From Kiritimatiellia bacterium (GTDB lineage: Bacteria > Verrucomicrobiota > Kiritimatiellia > RFP12 > UBA1067): DNA of 57,578 bases. Below, piece by piece: positions 40,889-50,303 of this stretch. Every line of letters begins with the position of its first letter. The stretch's first letter is position 1. The DNA is taken from NCBI GenBank assembly GCA_016303225.1, contig JAEDMC010000001.1, forward strand, positions 1-57,578, written 5' to 3'. Position numbers and translations under genes: made by a program. Below the pieces are notes generated by a model. That model saw nothing but the letters and a program-made list of their open reading frames with translations. It was not told the DNA's origin and ran no database searches.

Positions 40889-41574
40889 AACTCGAAAAGA
40901 TCGTAACCTGGCTCGACCAGACGCTCAACGTCGCCGCCTTCGACGACGTCTCCAACAATGGGATTCAGATCGAAAGGTCAGAGGTCGGAGGTCAGAGGTC
41001 CGAAGTGAAGCTGGTGGCGTTTGCAGTGGATGCAAGCGTGAAGGCGGTAAAGGCCGCGGCGAAAGCCGGCGCGCAGCTTCTCGTCGTCCACCACGGCATT
41101 TCCTGGGGCGGCGGCATTCGGCGGATCGAAGGCGGCATCTACAACGTCGTCAAGGCGGCGATGGACGCGAACCTCGCGATCTACGCCTGTCATCTGCCGC
41201 TCGACGCGCATCCGACCCTCGGGAACAATGCGCAGCTCGCGAAGTATTTCGGACTCAAGAAAGTGCATCCGGCGTTTTCCTATCACGGCAACGTGATCGG
41301 CGTCATCGGGACGAATCTTCACGGACAGCTGATTGGAATTTGCTCGGGCGGTGCAGGCGAGTTCGCCGAGGAGGCGAAGAAACTCGGCTGCGGACTCTAT
41401 GTCACCGGCGAGGCGAGCTGGGGCGACGTCATTGCCGCTGAGAACTGCGGGATAGAGATGATTTGCGCAGGTCACTACGAAACGGAGGTCTTCGGCATCC
41501 GCGCCGTTGCGAAGGCGATGGCGAAAGCGCTGAAGGTGAAAACGGTCGACCTTTCGCAAAACGGTCCGATATGA
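40885..41574 (+). CDS. Nif3-like dinuclear metal centre protein (YbgI family)
   Basis: 229 aa. NNGIQIE.., LLVVHHGISWGG, C-terminal AGHYETE. Confidence 0.85.
   Translation: MKLEKIVTWLDQTLNVAAFDDVSNNGIQIERSEVGGQRSEVKLVAFAVDASVKAVKAAAKAGAQLLVVHHGISWGGGIRRIEGGIYNVVKAAMDANLAIYACHLPLDAHPTLGNNAQLAKYFGLKKVHPAFSYHGNVIGVIGTNLHGQLIGICSGGAGEFAEEAKKLGCGLYVTGEASWGDVIAAENCGIEMICAGHYETEVFGIRAVAKAMAKALKVKTVDLSQNGPI
40975..41010. repeat. Heptamer micro-array aggtcrg x4 in the nif3-like gene
   Basis: aggtcag, aggtcgg, aggtcag, aggtccg from 40975. Encodes RSEVGGQRSEV. Confidence 0.85.
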
Positions 41575-41580
41575 TATAAT
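41572..41580 (+). promoter_or_regulatory. Extended -10 TGATATAAT whose TGA is the nif3-like stop codon
   Basis: A 36-nt leader with SD aggag precedes the tig ATG at 41617. Confidence 0.55.
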
Positions 41581-41616
41581 TTACCGACATTTAGAATCAT
41601 AGGAGAAATCTAGAGA

Positions 41617-42801
41617 ATGAAGACCAGCAGCAAGAGCCAGGACAAGTGCCAGGTCAAGCTCAGCGTGACGCTTGAGGCGGACGAGATGAACGCAATCGTG
41701 AAGGACGTGGAGAAGGTGTTTCTCCGCGAGGCGCAGCTTCCCGGCTTCCGCAAGGGCAAGGTGCCTCTGCAGATCATCCGCAAGGAGTTTGCGGACGGCC
41801 TCAAGCAGGAAATACAGCGTGCGATGTTCCAGAAAAACTATCCCGAAGCGATTAAGGCCGAGGCAATCGAAGAGGTTGCGCTCGCAAACGTCGAGGATCT
41901 GAAGTACGACGAGAAGGGCGGATCCTTCGTGGCGATCGTCGAGACGAAGCCGAAGTTCAAGTTGCCGACGTACAAGGGCCTGAAGATCGAGTTCAAGGAC
42001 GCGAAGGTCGATGATGCCGCGGTCGCGGATCAGCTCGAGCGCCTGCGCGCCGCGTATGCGAAGTACGAGGACGCCAAGGAGGGCGACGCCGTCCAAGACG
42101 GCGACTTCATCCAGATCGACTATGAGGGCATGGTCGGCAAGAAGAAGATCCTCGAGATCAATCCCGAGGCGAAGATCGTCGCCGAGGGCAAGGGCTTCTG
42201 GACGCAGGTTGAAGAAGGCCGCTTCCTCCCCGAGATCCTCGATGCCGTCAAGGGCATGAAGGCTGGCGAGACGAAGGAGGGCATCAAGGCGAAGTTCGAC
42301 AAGGAGTCCGCTCCCGAAGGGCTGAAGGGCGAGAAGGCCACCTACACGGTGACGCTCAAGAGCTTCCGCCGTCGCATCCTCCCCGACGACAAGGAATTTG
42401 CCGAGAAGGCAAAGGCCGAGAGCTTTGAGAAGCTGCAGGCGACGATCCGCGAGTCGCTCGAGAAGAGCGCCGTCGACAACGAGACGATGCGTCGCGAGAA
42501 CGAGGCGGTCGAGCTCCTGATGAAGAAGGTCGACTTCGACGTTCCCGAGAGCCAGGTCCGCCGTGCGATGGACGGCTATCTGCAGGAGCTCGCGCAGCGC
42601 GCGCAGTACTCCGGCCTCAACGCCGAGTATTTCGAGAAGAACCGCGACAAGATTCTGAAGGACGCGGAGGCTGCCGCCACCAAGCAGGTCCGCCTCTGGT
42701 ACGTCCTCGAGGCCATCGCCACCGCCGAGAAGATCGAGGCGAAGGACGAGGAGAAGGGCAAGAAGGTCATTGAGTTCGTCCTCGCGAACGCCAAGAATTA
42801 A
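41617..42801 (+). CDS. tig: Trigger factor
   Basis: 394 aa. GFRKGKVP signature and a PPIase-like middle domain. Lies upstream of clpP-clpX. Confidence 0.9.
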   Translation: MKTSSKSQDKCQVKLSVTLEADEMNAIVKDVEKVFLREAQLPGFRKGKVPLQIIRKEFADGLKQEIQRAMFQKNYPEAIKAEAIEEVALANVEDLKYDEKGGSFVAIVETKPKFKLPTYKGLKIEFKDAKVDDAAVADQLERLRAAYAKYEDAKEGDAVQDGDFIQIDYEGMVGKKKILEINPEAKIVAEGKGFWTQVEEGRFLPEILDAVKGMKAGETKEGIKAKFDKESAPEGLKGEKATYTVTLKSFRRRILPDDKEFAEKAKAESFEKLQATIRESLEKSAVDNETMRRENEAVELLMKKVDFDVPESQVRRAMDGYLQELAQRAQYSGLNAEYFEKNRDKILKDAEAAATKQVRLWYVLEAIATAEKIEAKDEEKGKKVIEFVLANAKN

Positions 42802-42802
42802 A

Positions 42803-43381
42803 ATGAAGAACTACATGATTCCCTATGTGGTCGAGCAGACCGGGAAGGGCGAGCGGACATATGACATCTACTCGCGCCTCCTCCTCGACCGCATCGTCTT
42901 CATCTCCGGAGAAGTGAATGACGAGATGGCCAACGCCATCTGCGCTCAGCTTCTCTTCTTGCAGTCGCAGGACGCGAAGAAGGAGATTTCCGTCTACGTC
43001 AACTCGCCTGGCGGCAGCGTCACGGCGGGTCTCGCGATCTACGACACGATGCAGTTCGTGAAGTGTCCGATCGCGACCTATTGCATCGGCCAGGCCGCGT
43101 CCATGGGCGCGGTGCTGCTGACGGCCGGTGCCAAGGGCCGCCGCTTCGCGCTCCCCAATGCGCGCATCATGATCCACCAGCCGTGGGGCGGTGCCGAAGG
43201 CAAGGCCTCCGACATCGAGATTACCGCGAAGGAGATCCTGCGCCTGAAGGAGATTCTGAACGGCATCCTCGCGAAGCATTCCGGCCAGAAGATGGCGGAT
43301 GTCGTCAAGGACACCGACCGCGACCACTTCATGTCCGCCGAAGAGGCGAAGAAGTGGGGCCTGATCGACGAAGTGCTGTGA
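42803..43381 (+). CDS. clpP: ATP-dependent Clp protease proteolytic subunit
   Basis: [24 protein letters not shown]. Catalytic Ser context GQAASMGA, plus IHQP. The ORF-track start at 42770 is rejected. Confidence 0.95.
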   Translation: MKNYMIPYVVEQTGKGERTYDIYSRLLLDRIVFISGEVNDEMANAICAQLLFLQSQDAKKEISVYVNSPGGSVTAGLAIYDTMQFVKCPIATYCIGQAASMGAVLLTAGAKGRRFALPNARIMIHQPWGGAEGKASDIEITAKEILRLKEILNGILAKHSGQKMADVVKDTDRDHFMSAEEAKKWGLIDEVL

Positions 43382-44652
43382 AAGAAGAAGAATACATCTG
43401 CTCGTTTTGCGGTCGCTCCTCCCGCGAGGTGACGATCATTCCGGGGGCGGACGGCAACATCTGCATCGACTGCGTCAAGCACGCGAACGAGATGGTGACG
43501 CGTCACGAGAAGCAGGCGACCGGTGCGCCGCCCTTGCCGCCGACTCCGACGCCGAAGGCCATCAAGGAGTTTCTTGACCAGTATGTGATCGGTCACGACG
43601 AGACGAAGAAGGTGCTCGCCGTCGCTGTACACAATCACTACCGGCGGCTCGAGGCCGCGCAGGAAAGAGAAGGGCGCAACCGTACAGCGAGCGAGCGCAG
43701 CGGAAAGAGCTGCGCGGTTGCATCCGCAGACGACGTCGAGATCGAAAAGAGCAACATCCTTCTGATCGGACCGACGGGAACCGGCAAGACACTGATGGCG
43801 AAGACGCTTGCGAAGATTCTGGGCGTGCCGTTCGCGATCGGCGACGCGACCGTCCTCACGCAGGCCGGCTATGTCGGCGAAGACGTCGAGAACCTCGTGC
43901 GCTATCTGCTGCAGAACGCGGACGGCAACGTCGAACTCGCGAAGCGCGGCATCATCTACGTGGACGAGATTGACAAGATCGCCTCGAAGACGGACAATGT
44001 CTCCATCACGCGTGACGTCGGCGGAGAAGGCGTCCAGCAGACCCTGCTGAAGCTCGTCGAAGGGACGGTCTGCCGCATTCCGCCGAAGGGCGGACGCAAG
44101 CATCCCGACCAGGAGTACATCGAGGTCGACACCTCCAACATCCTCTTCATCTGCGGCGGCGCGTTCGTCGGTCTCGACAAGATCGTCGCCGAACGCAAGG
44201 GCAAGAACGTCATCGGCTTCGGCACCATCGCGAAAGGGGAAGCGGCGTCCTCGCCGCTTCGGAAAGAGAATGAGATCAATCCGCAGGACGTCCGTCCCGA
44301 GGACCTCGTCAAGTTCGGCCTCATTCCGGAGTTCACCGGACGTCTCCCGGTCATTACTTCGCTGAAGGATCTCTCCGAAGACGATCTCGTGCGCGTTCTC
44401 ACCGAGCCGAAGAACTCTCTGGTGAAGCAGTATCAGAAGCTTCTCGCAATGGACGGCGTGGAGCTCGTCTTCGAACCGAAGGCGCTCAAGGAGCTTGCCA
44501 AAATCGCGCTTGCACGCAAGACGGGCGCGCGCGGCCTCCGCGCCGAAATGGAGCGTCTGATGACCGACGTCATGTACGAGGCGCCCGGCAACGCGAAGAT
44601 GAAGAAAGTCGTTGTTACGCCGAAGATGATTCAGGAGAAATTAGGAAGTTAG
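43378..44652 (+). CDS. clpX: ATP-dependent Clp protease ATP-binding subunit ClpX
   Basis: The GTG at 43378 overlaps the clpP TGA. Zinc finger CSFCGR..C..C, Walker A GPTGTGKT, and IYVDEIDK. The upstream part of the 529-aa ORF is rejected. Confidence 0.95.
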   Translation: MKEEEYICSFCGRSSREVTIIPGADGNICIDCVKHANEMVTRHEKQATGAPPLPPTPTPKAIKEFLDQYVIGHDETKKVLAVAVHNHYRRLEAAQEREGRNRTASERSGKSCAVASADDVEIEKSNILLIGPTGTGKTLMAKTLAKILGVPFAIGDATVLTQAGYVGEDVENLVRYLLQNADGNVELAKRGIIYVDEIDKIASKTDNVSITRDVGGEGVQQTLLKLVEGTVCRIPPKGGRKHPDQEYIEVDTSNILFICGGAFVGLDKIVAERKGKNVIGFGTIAKGEAASSPLRKENEINPQDVRPEDLVKFGLIPEFTGRLPVITSLKDLSEDDLVRVLTEPKNSLVKQYQKLLAMDGVELVFEPKALKELAKIALARKTGARGLRAEMERLMTDVMYEAPGNAKMKKVVVTPKMIQEKLGS

Positions 44653-44730
44653 AATTATCAATGAGGAATTGTGAATGAGGGAACACCGCCATTCTGAAAT
44701 TCTGAATTTTAAATTCTAAATTCATGATTC
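44653..44730. repeat. Intergenic composite micro-array (aatgagg-type plus attctga/aattcta-type)
   Basis: aattatcaatgaggaattgtgaatgaggg .. attctgaaattctgaattttaaattctaaattc. It shares the 12- and 13-nt strings aattctaaattc and aaattctgaattt with the tatD-1 insert at 4044-4062. Confidence 0.85.
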
Positions 44731-44745
44731 ACCGTTGAACCAATC

Positions 44746-45075
44746 ATGCAACTGACATTGTTAAAAGCCAAACTTCATCGAATCAAGGTCACGGAAGCGT
44801 GCCTTGACTACGAGGGATCGCTGACGCTCGATCCGGATGACATGGAGGCGGTCGGCATCGTCCCCTACGAGAAGATTCTCTGCGCCGATGTTGAGAACGG
44901 CAACCGCTTCGAGACCTACGCGATTGCCGGAGCACGCGGCAGCCATGTCTGCTGCCTGAATGGCGCCGCTGCTCACAAGGGTCAGGTCGGCGACCGCCTG
45001 ATCGTCATGTGTTTCGCGCAGATGGGCGAGGAGGAGGCGAAGGGCTGGACACCGAGGGTCAAGCACTTTGTCTGA
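44746..45075 (+). CDS. panD: Aspartate 1-decarboxylase
   Basis: MQLTLLKAKLHR..YEGS self-cleavage site. 109 aa. Confidence 0.93.
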   Translation: MQLTLLKAKLHRIKVTEACLDYEGSLTLDPDDMEAVGIVPYEKILCADVENGNRFETYAIAGARGSHVCCLNGAAAHKGQVGDRLIVMCFAQMGEEEAKGWTPRVKHFV

Positions 45076-46861
45076 CTTTCTCCTTTCCCTGAAAGACGTC
45101 TCCCTCGCCTTCGGCGGACCGCAGGTCCTGGATAAGGTTTCGCTCTCGATTCACAAGGGGCTTCGCGCGGCGCTTACAGGCCGCAATGGCGAGGGCAAGT
45201 CGACGCTCTTCAAGGTCATTGCCGGCACGCTCGAGCCTGACAACGGCGAGATCGTCAGGGCTCCGGGACTCAAGGTGGTTTACGTGAGCCAGGGGGTGGA
45301 GGATTTAGGCGTCGATCGAGATCTGTCGGCGTCTCATCCCCGTTCCGGCGGTCAGATCCGCCGCGCCCGTCTCGAGGAGGCGATTCTCTCTCAGCCCGAC
45401 GTCTTGCTGCTTGACGAGCCGACGAACCATCTCGACGTCGAGGCGATCGACTGGCTTGAGGGGATGATCCGCCGCCAGCGCGAGATGGCGGTCCTCATTG
45501 TCACGCACGACCGGCGTTTTCTGAAGCGTGTCGCGACGAAGATCTTCGACCTCGATCGCGGAGAGCTTTCAGGCTGGGAGTGTGACTATCCGACGTTCGT
45601 GAAGCGCAAGGCGGAGCTGATGGCGGACGAAGCCGTCTACTGGGAGCGCAAGTCGAAGAAGCTCGCGCAGGAAGAGGCGTGGATTCGCCGCGGCGTCAAG
45701 GCGCGCACCACCCGCAACGAGGGACGTGTCGCCGCGCTCATGAAGCTGCGCGAAGAATTCGCCGCACGCCGCACGCAGGTCGGCACCGCGACGATGAAGC
45801 TCGACACCGCCGCCCCCGGCGGCGTCAGGGTTTTGAAGATCGAGAAGTTGGGCTTCGGGTACGAGTTGGAGTCTCAAGTCGGAGTTGGAGAGCGGAATTT
45901 CAGCATCCATTCTCCAACTCCAAACTCCAACTTGATTTTCTCCAACTTCACCGCCGATGTCCTCCGCGGCGAGCGTATCGGCATTCTTGGTCGCAATGGC
46001 GCGGGCAAGACCACGCTCCTCAGGCTTCTGACCGGACGACTCCAGCCGACCGAGGGTTCGGTCACCATCGGAACGAACGTCCAGATGACGTTCCTCGATC
46101 AGCTCCGGAGCGAGATGAATCCAGAGCTAACCGTCGGCGAGAACATCGCGAAGGACCGCGACGAGGTAATCGTCGGCGGCGTGAAGAAACACGTCTACTC
46201 GTACCTTTCCGACTTTCTCTTCTCGCCCGAACGCGTGCGCACGCCGGTGAAGGCGCTTTCCGGCGGAGAACGCGCGCGTCTCATGCTCGCGAAACTCTTC
46301 TTGAAGCCAGCGAATCTGCTCGTGATGGACGAGCCGACCAATGACCTTGACATCGAGACCTTGGAGCTTCTCGAGGAGCAGCTCCTGAACTACAAGGGCA
46401 CGCTCCTCCTCGTCTCGCACGACCGCGAGTTCCTTGACAACGTCGTGACCTCGACGTTCGTTCTGGAAGGCGACGGCACGGTTAAGCAGTTCCCAGGCGG
46501 GTATGCGGACTACGTGCGTCAGCGGGGAAATTCAAACACAGGGGTACAGCGGCACAGAGCTGAAGAGCCGTGCAGTTCGAAACCTGGGGTTCAAGACCCA
46601 GCCCTATCAGCGTCTCCGTGTCTCTGTGTCAAAAACAAGAAGCTGAGCTACAACGAGAAACGCGAACTCGAGCAACTGCCCGCAAGGATCGAGGCGCTGG
46701 AAAAGGAGATCGCGGAGATCGAGGCCTTTCTTTCGGATGGCACCAACTACGCGAAAGATCCCCTCCGCTGCAAATCCAGTTCTGAGCGTCTGCCGCTCGC
46801 GAGAACCGAACTCGACGTCGCCGAGAGCCGCTGGCTCGAACTCGAAGAGCGAAGCGCTTGA
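45068..46861 (+). CDS. ABC-F family ATPase (Uup/YheS-like) with a shortened first NBD
   Basis: Two NBDs (GRNGEGKST / GRNGAGKTT; LLLDEPTNHLD / LVMDEPTNDLD) and a C-terminal coiled coil. Only about 46 aa separate Walker A from the SGGQ signature in NBD1. Confidence 0.85.
   Translation: MSDFLLSLKDVSLAFGGPQVLDKVSLSIHKGLRAALTGRNGEGKSTLFKVIAGTLEPDNGEIVRAPGLKVVYVSQGVEDLGVDRDLSASHPRSGGQIRRARLEEAILSQPDVLLLDEPTNHLDVEAIDWLEGMIRRQREMAVLIVTHDRRFLKRVATKIFDLDRGELSGWECDYPTFVKRKAELMADEAVYWERKSKKLAQEEAWIRRGVKARTTRNEGRVAALMKLREEFAARRTQVGTATMKLDTAAPGGVRVLKIEKLGFGYELESQVGVGERNFSIHSPTPNSNLIFSNFTADVLRGERIGILGRNGAGKTTLLRLLTGRLQPTEGSVTIGTNVQMTFLDQLRSEMNPELTVGENIAKDRDEVIVGGVKKHVYSYLSDFLFSPERVRTPVKALSGGERARLMLAKLFLKPANLLVMDEPTNDLDIETLELLEEQLLNYKGTLLLVSHDREFLDNVVTSTFVLEGDGTVKQFPGGYADYVRQRGNSNTGVQRHRAEEPCSSKPGVQDPALSASPCLCVKNKKLSYNEKRELEQLPARIEALEKEIAEIEAFLSDGTNYAKDPLRCKSSSERLPLARTELDVAESRWLELEERSA
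45863..45949. repeat. Inverted micro-array (gagttggag-type versus ctccaac-type) in the ABC-F gene
   Basis: ggagttggaga (45881-91) pairs with tctccaactcc (45911-21), with extra copies on each side. Encodes ELESQVGVGERNFSIHSPTPNSNLIFSNF. Confidence 0.85.
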
Positions 46862-46898
46862 CCAGAAAAAACCTAAAGCATTCTCATGCACTGGAAAA

Positions 46899-46907
46899 TG
46901 GTATAAT
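46899..46907 (+). promoter_or_regulatory. Extended -10 TGGTATAAT, 7 nt before the NUDIX ATG
   Basis: TGGTATAATcattgtcATG. Confidence 0.6.
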
Positions 46908-46914
46908 CATTGTC

Positions 46915-47343
46915 ATGAGCGAAGAAAAACACATTGAAACGATTGCGCGCGGCGTTTGCGTTGCGGACGGAAAGATCCTGCTCTGCTTCCCGAAGGACCG
47001 GAGCTATGCCTATCTTCCCGGCGGACACATCGAGTTCGGCGAGACGGGGCGCGTCGCGCTCGTGCGCGAGATGAAGGAGGAGACCGGACTCGACGCGACC
47101 GCGGGCGACCTTCTTGGCGTCGTCGAGTCGAGCTTCGTCCAGAAGGGCGAGCAGCACTGCGAGATCAATCTCATATACAAGATGGGGATTAGTGGTCAGG
47201 GATCGGGGATTAGGGAGGAGATAATGAGTTGCGAGGACTGGATTTGCTTCGATTGGATCGACTGTGATAAAATAGATTCCGTCAATCTTCTCCCTCCCGA
47301 AATGAAACCCTATTGCTATTCTTCCCCATCCCCTAATCCCTAA
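46915..47343 (+). CDS. NUDIX hydrolase
   Basis: NUDIX box GGHIEFGETGRVALVREMKEETGL. The ATG at 46915 lies 7 nt after TGGTATAAT. The ORF-track start at 46858 is rejected. Confidence 0.85.
   Translation: MSEEKHIETIARGVCVADGKILLCFPKDRSYAYLPGGHIEFGETGRVALVREMKEETGLDATAGDLLGVVESSFVQKGEQHCEINLIYKMGISGQGSGIREEIMSCEDWICFDWIDCDKIDSVNLLPPEMKPYCYSSPSPNP
47184..47218. repeat. Micro-array ggggattag-type in the NUDIX gene
   Basis: Sequence: ggggattagtggtcagggatcggggattagggagg. Encodes GISGQGSGIRE. Confidence 0.8.
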
Positions 47344-47361
47344 TCTCTACCCACTGACCCC
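47324..47361. repeat. Inverted partner micro-array (ccctaatc-type) spanning the NUDIX stop up to the rsmI start
   Basis: Sequence: ccccatcccctaatccctaatctctacccactgacccc. ccctaatccc (47331-40) is the reverse complement of gggattaggg (47206-15). Confidence 0.8.
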
Positions 47362-47362
47362 T

Positions 47363-48067
47363 ATGCTACACGTCGTCGCCACTCCAATCGGGAATCTCGG
47401 CGATCTTTCGCCGCGGGCGCTGGAGGCGTTCAAGTCCGCAGCGGTCATCGCGTGCGAGGACACTCGGCGCACCTGGCAGCTGCTGACGCATTTCGGGATT
47501 CCCCGTCCCGCCGACATGTTCTCCTACCGCCAGGGCAACGAGGAGCGCATCACCGAGCGGATTGTCGCGGACGTGAGGGCTGGCAAGGAGGTGGCGCTCT
47601 GTTCGGACGGAGGATATCCCGCGATTTCCGATCCCGGCTACCGCGTCATCCGCACCTGCGCGCAGGAGGGAATTCCCTATGAGGTCATCCCCGGCGCAAG
47701 CGCCGTCAACGTCGCGCTGCTGATGAGCGGACTCTCCACGTCGTCCTTTACCTTCCGCGGTTTTCCTCCGCGCGGACCGGGCGCGCTCCGCAACTGGTTC
47801 GCTGAAGATGCGGACAAGGAGCACACGCTCATCTGCTACGAGTCGCCGTTCCGCATTGCCGCAACGCTCGAGGCCGCGCTCGATGCGCTTGGCGACCGCG
47901 AGGCGGCGGTCTGCATCGAGCTCACGAAGCTGCACGAGCGCGTGAGCCGCGGCTATCTTTCCGATCTCGTCGCGGAATACAAGGACGCGAAGGTCAAGGG
48001 CGAAGTCGCCTTGGTCATTGCGGGGAACAATCCCAAGTTCAGGAAAAGGACGAATGATGAATGCTAA
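47363..48067 (+). CDS. rsmI: 16S rRNA (cytidine1402-2'-O)-methyltransferase
   Basis: MLHVVATPIGNLGDLSPRA..ACEDTR.. tetrapyrrole-methylase-fold signature. Confidence 0.9.
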   Translation: MLHVVATPIGNLGDLSPRALEAFKSAAVIACEDTRRTWQLLTHFGIPRPADMFSYRQGNEERITERIVADVRAGKEVALCSDGGYPAISDPGYRVIRTCAQEGIPYEVIPGASAVNVALLMSGLSTSSFTFRGFPPRGPGALRNWFAEDADKEHTLICYESPFRIAATLEAALDALGDREAAVCIELTKLHERVSRGYLSDLVAEYKDAKVKGEVALVIAGNNPKFRKRTNDEC

Positions 48068-48086
48068 CTTCATCATTTGATTCGGC

Positions 48087-48578
48087 ATGATCGTTCTTGG
48101 CATAGACACCTCCTTGCGTTCGACCGGCTACGGCGTGCTCTCTGTCGAGGGCAGTCGCATGCGGTGCGTTGCCTGCGGGAACATCCCCAATAAGGCGACG
48201 TTGCCGCTCACGGCCTGCTTGAAGATGATTCATGCGAAAGTCGTGGAGCTCATCGCGACGCACAAGCCGGACGTCATGGCGATTGAGTCGGTCATCTACG
48301 GCAAGAACGCCGGGACGATGCTCGTCCTCGGCGAAGCGCGCGGCGCGGTGCTGACGGCGGCGGTCGATGCGGACGTGCCGGTCTACGAATACGAGCCGCG
48401 GCGGATGAAGAAAGCGATCTGTGGCAACGGCCTTGCGGAAAAGGAACAGACTCAGCGGATGGTCAAGACGCTCCTCGGCCTCGCCGAACTCCCGCAGAAC
48501 GACGCGGCCGACGCCCTCGGCCTCGCCATCTGTCATGTCCACGCCAACTCCCTCATCTCCCGCGAGAAACCCATCTGA
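48087..48578 (+). CDS. ruvC: Crossover junction endodeoxyribonuclease RuvC
   Basis: MIVLGIDTSLRSTGYGV.., ..AIE.. and DAADALGLAICH motifs. Confidence 0.93.
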   Translation: MIVLGIDTSLRSTGYGVLSVEGSRMRCVACGNIPNKATLPLTACLKMIHAKVVELIATHKPDVMAIESVIYGKNAGTMLVLGEARGAVLTAAVDADVPVYEYEPRRMKKAICGNGLAEKEQTQRMVKTLLGLAELPQNDAADALGLAICHVHANSLISREKPI

Positions 48579-48631
48579 AATCAGGCCCCGCGAAACCCCA
48601 ATTTGAGATTTGAGATTTGAAATCTGATTTC
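48575..48631. repeat. Micro-array atttgag x2 (+atttgaaatctgatttc) with flanking inverted ctgaaatcag
   Basis: The reverse complement contains ctcaaatctcaaat, identical to 32214-32227. ctgaaatcag at 48575-84 opposes ctgatttc at 48624-31. Confidence 0.8.
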
Positions 48632-48782
48632 TGCGAACTGTGTCCGCGCCGATGCGGAAAACGACCTGGCTATTGCGGCGCGGGGAACTGCCCTCGCGTC
48701 TTCCGGTGGGGACCTCACTTCGGCGCGATGACGCTCTGTACGAATGCTTGAAAACACATAAGGAACAAGGAGTAAGGCACCG

Positions 48783-50303
48783 ATGAACAAAATGACGGTA
48801 ATGATGGCGGTCGCGCTGATGGCGGCCGGGGTGACGGCCAGGACGCACGAGGTCTCGGCGTGGAAGGGCGAGACGCTCGCCTTCGAGTTCGAGACGGCGG
48901 TTGAGAAGACCGAGATCGGCTTTCAGCCGAAACTGGAGGGACTGCCCGCCGGCTTCGTCGGTAAGATCGGTCTGGCGCGTCCAGTCAAGTTCGAGCGTCA
49001 GCCGCACAGCGGCGAGTTCATCACGGCGCGTGACCGCGTCGAATGGAACGCGAAGGAGACCGCCCTCGCCGCGGGCTGTCCGCGGCTCGTCGTCGTCGAG
49101 GTGAAGGTGCCGGCGAGCGCGAAGCCCGGCACCGTGACGTTCAAGGCGAGCGGCGACGAGGTGAAGCTCACCGTCGTCGATCGCGTCCTGCCGCCGGCGA
49201 AGGAGTGGAAGTACTTCCTCGACCTCTGGCAACATCCGTGGGCCGTCTCGCGCTGGGAGAACGCGAAGCCGTTCTCGAAGGCGCACTATGACGCGATGCG
49301 TCCCCTCTGGACCGCGCTCGCGGACTGCGGACAGAAGGTGCTGACGACGACGCTGACGAAGCTTCCCTGGAACCACCAGTGCTTCGACGGCTACGACACG
49401 ATGATCCGCCACATCCGCAAGGCGGACGGCACATGGACGTTCGACTACTCCGTCTTCGACGAGTATGTCGCCTTCGGCAAGAGCTGCGGCATCGGACCCT
49501 ACATCGCCTGCTACACGATGGTGCCGTGGAAGTACTTCGTCTATGGCGAGACGGAGGACGGCAAGGAGCTGAAGATCCAGGCCAATCCCGGCACGGCGGC
49601 GTTCGAGGACTACTGGAAGCCGTTCCTCGTCGACTTCGTGAAGCACCTCAAGGAGAAGGGCTGGTTCGAACAGACTTACATCTCGATGGACGAGCGTGCG
49701 CCCGAGGACATGCGCAAGATCTCGGCTTTTGTCGTCAAGTATGGCGAGGGCCTGAAAATCGCGACGGCCGGCAACTTCGATCCGTCGACCATGCCCGACC
49801 TGAAGCTCCAGAACTACTCGCCGGTCATCGATACGGTGACGGACGATTTCCTCGCGAAGAACCTCGAGCAGCGTCGGAAGGCCGGTTTCATCACGACCTA
49901 CTACGTCTGCTGCGCACCGCACCAGCCGAACACCTTCATGGACTCGCCGCTCCCCGAGGCGTTCTGGCTCGGGTTCTATCCCGCCGCGAAGGGACTGGAC
50001 GGACTTCTCCGCTGGGCCTACAACAGCTGGCCGTATGATCCGCGCCATGATGCGAGCTACGGCAACTGGCGCGCGGGAGACACCTACTTCATCTATCAGG
50101 ACGCCTCGCCGTCCGTCCGTCTCCTCGAGCTCCGCAACGGCATCATCGCGGCGGAGAAGTTCCGCATCCTGAAGGAAGAGGGCAAGCGTGACGCCGAACT
50201 CGCCGAGCTCGCAGCGAAGTATGACTATTTCAAGGCCAGGAAGCAAGGCGTCGATCTCGCGCCGCTCCGTGCCGAAACCCTCAAGGTGGTGAACGCGAAA
50301 TGA
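48783..50303 (+). CDS. Secreted DUF4091/GH123-like glycoside hydrolase candidate
   Basis: 506 aa with a signal peptide and SD aaggag. The family call is from memory of the ..LDLWQHPW...Y..M..W pattern only. Confidence 0.5.
   Translation: MNKMTVMMAVALMAAGVTARTHEVSAWKGETLAFEFETAVEKTEIGFQPKLEGLPAGFVGKIGLARPVKFERQPHSGEFITARDRVEWNAKETALAAGCPRLVVVEVKVPASAKPGTVTFKASGDEVKLTVVDRVLPPAKEWKYFLDLWQHPWAVSRWENAKPFSKAHYDAMRPLWTALADCGQKVLTTTLTKLPWNHQCFDGYDTMIRHIRKADGTWTFDYSVFDEYVAFGKSCGIGPYIACYTMVPWKYFVYGETEDGKELKIQANPGTAAFEDYWKPFLVDFVKHLKEKGWFEQTYISMDERAPEDMRKISAFVVKYGEGLKIATAGNFDPSTMPDLKLQNYSPVIDTVTDDFLAKNLEQRRKAGFITTYYVCCAPHQPNTFMDSPLPEAFWLGFYPAAKGLDGLLRWAYNSWPYDPRHDASYGNWRAGDTYFIYQDASPSVRLLELRNGIIAAEKFRILKEEGKRDAELAELAAKYDYFKARKQGVDLAPLRAETLKVVNAK

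Noticed and set aside
48053-48077. 9-bp hairpin aatgatgaa / ttcatcatt spanning the rsmI stop as an intrinsic terminator
   Set aside because: ruvC starts only 10 nt downstream and the T-tract is interrupted. It more likely lies within a co-transcribed rsmI-ruvC unit. Evidence is insufficient for a call.
48644-48683. GC-rich hairpin ccgcgccg / cggcgcgg upstream of the GH123-like gene as a terminator or riboswitch
   Set aside because: It has only an 8-bp stem with a 24-nt loop and no following T-run. I recognised no riboswitch consensus. Such stems arise easily by chance in high-GC DNA.
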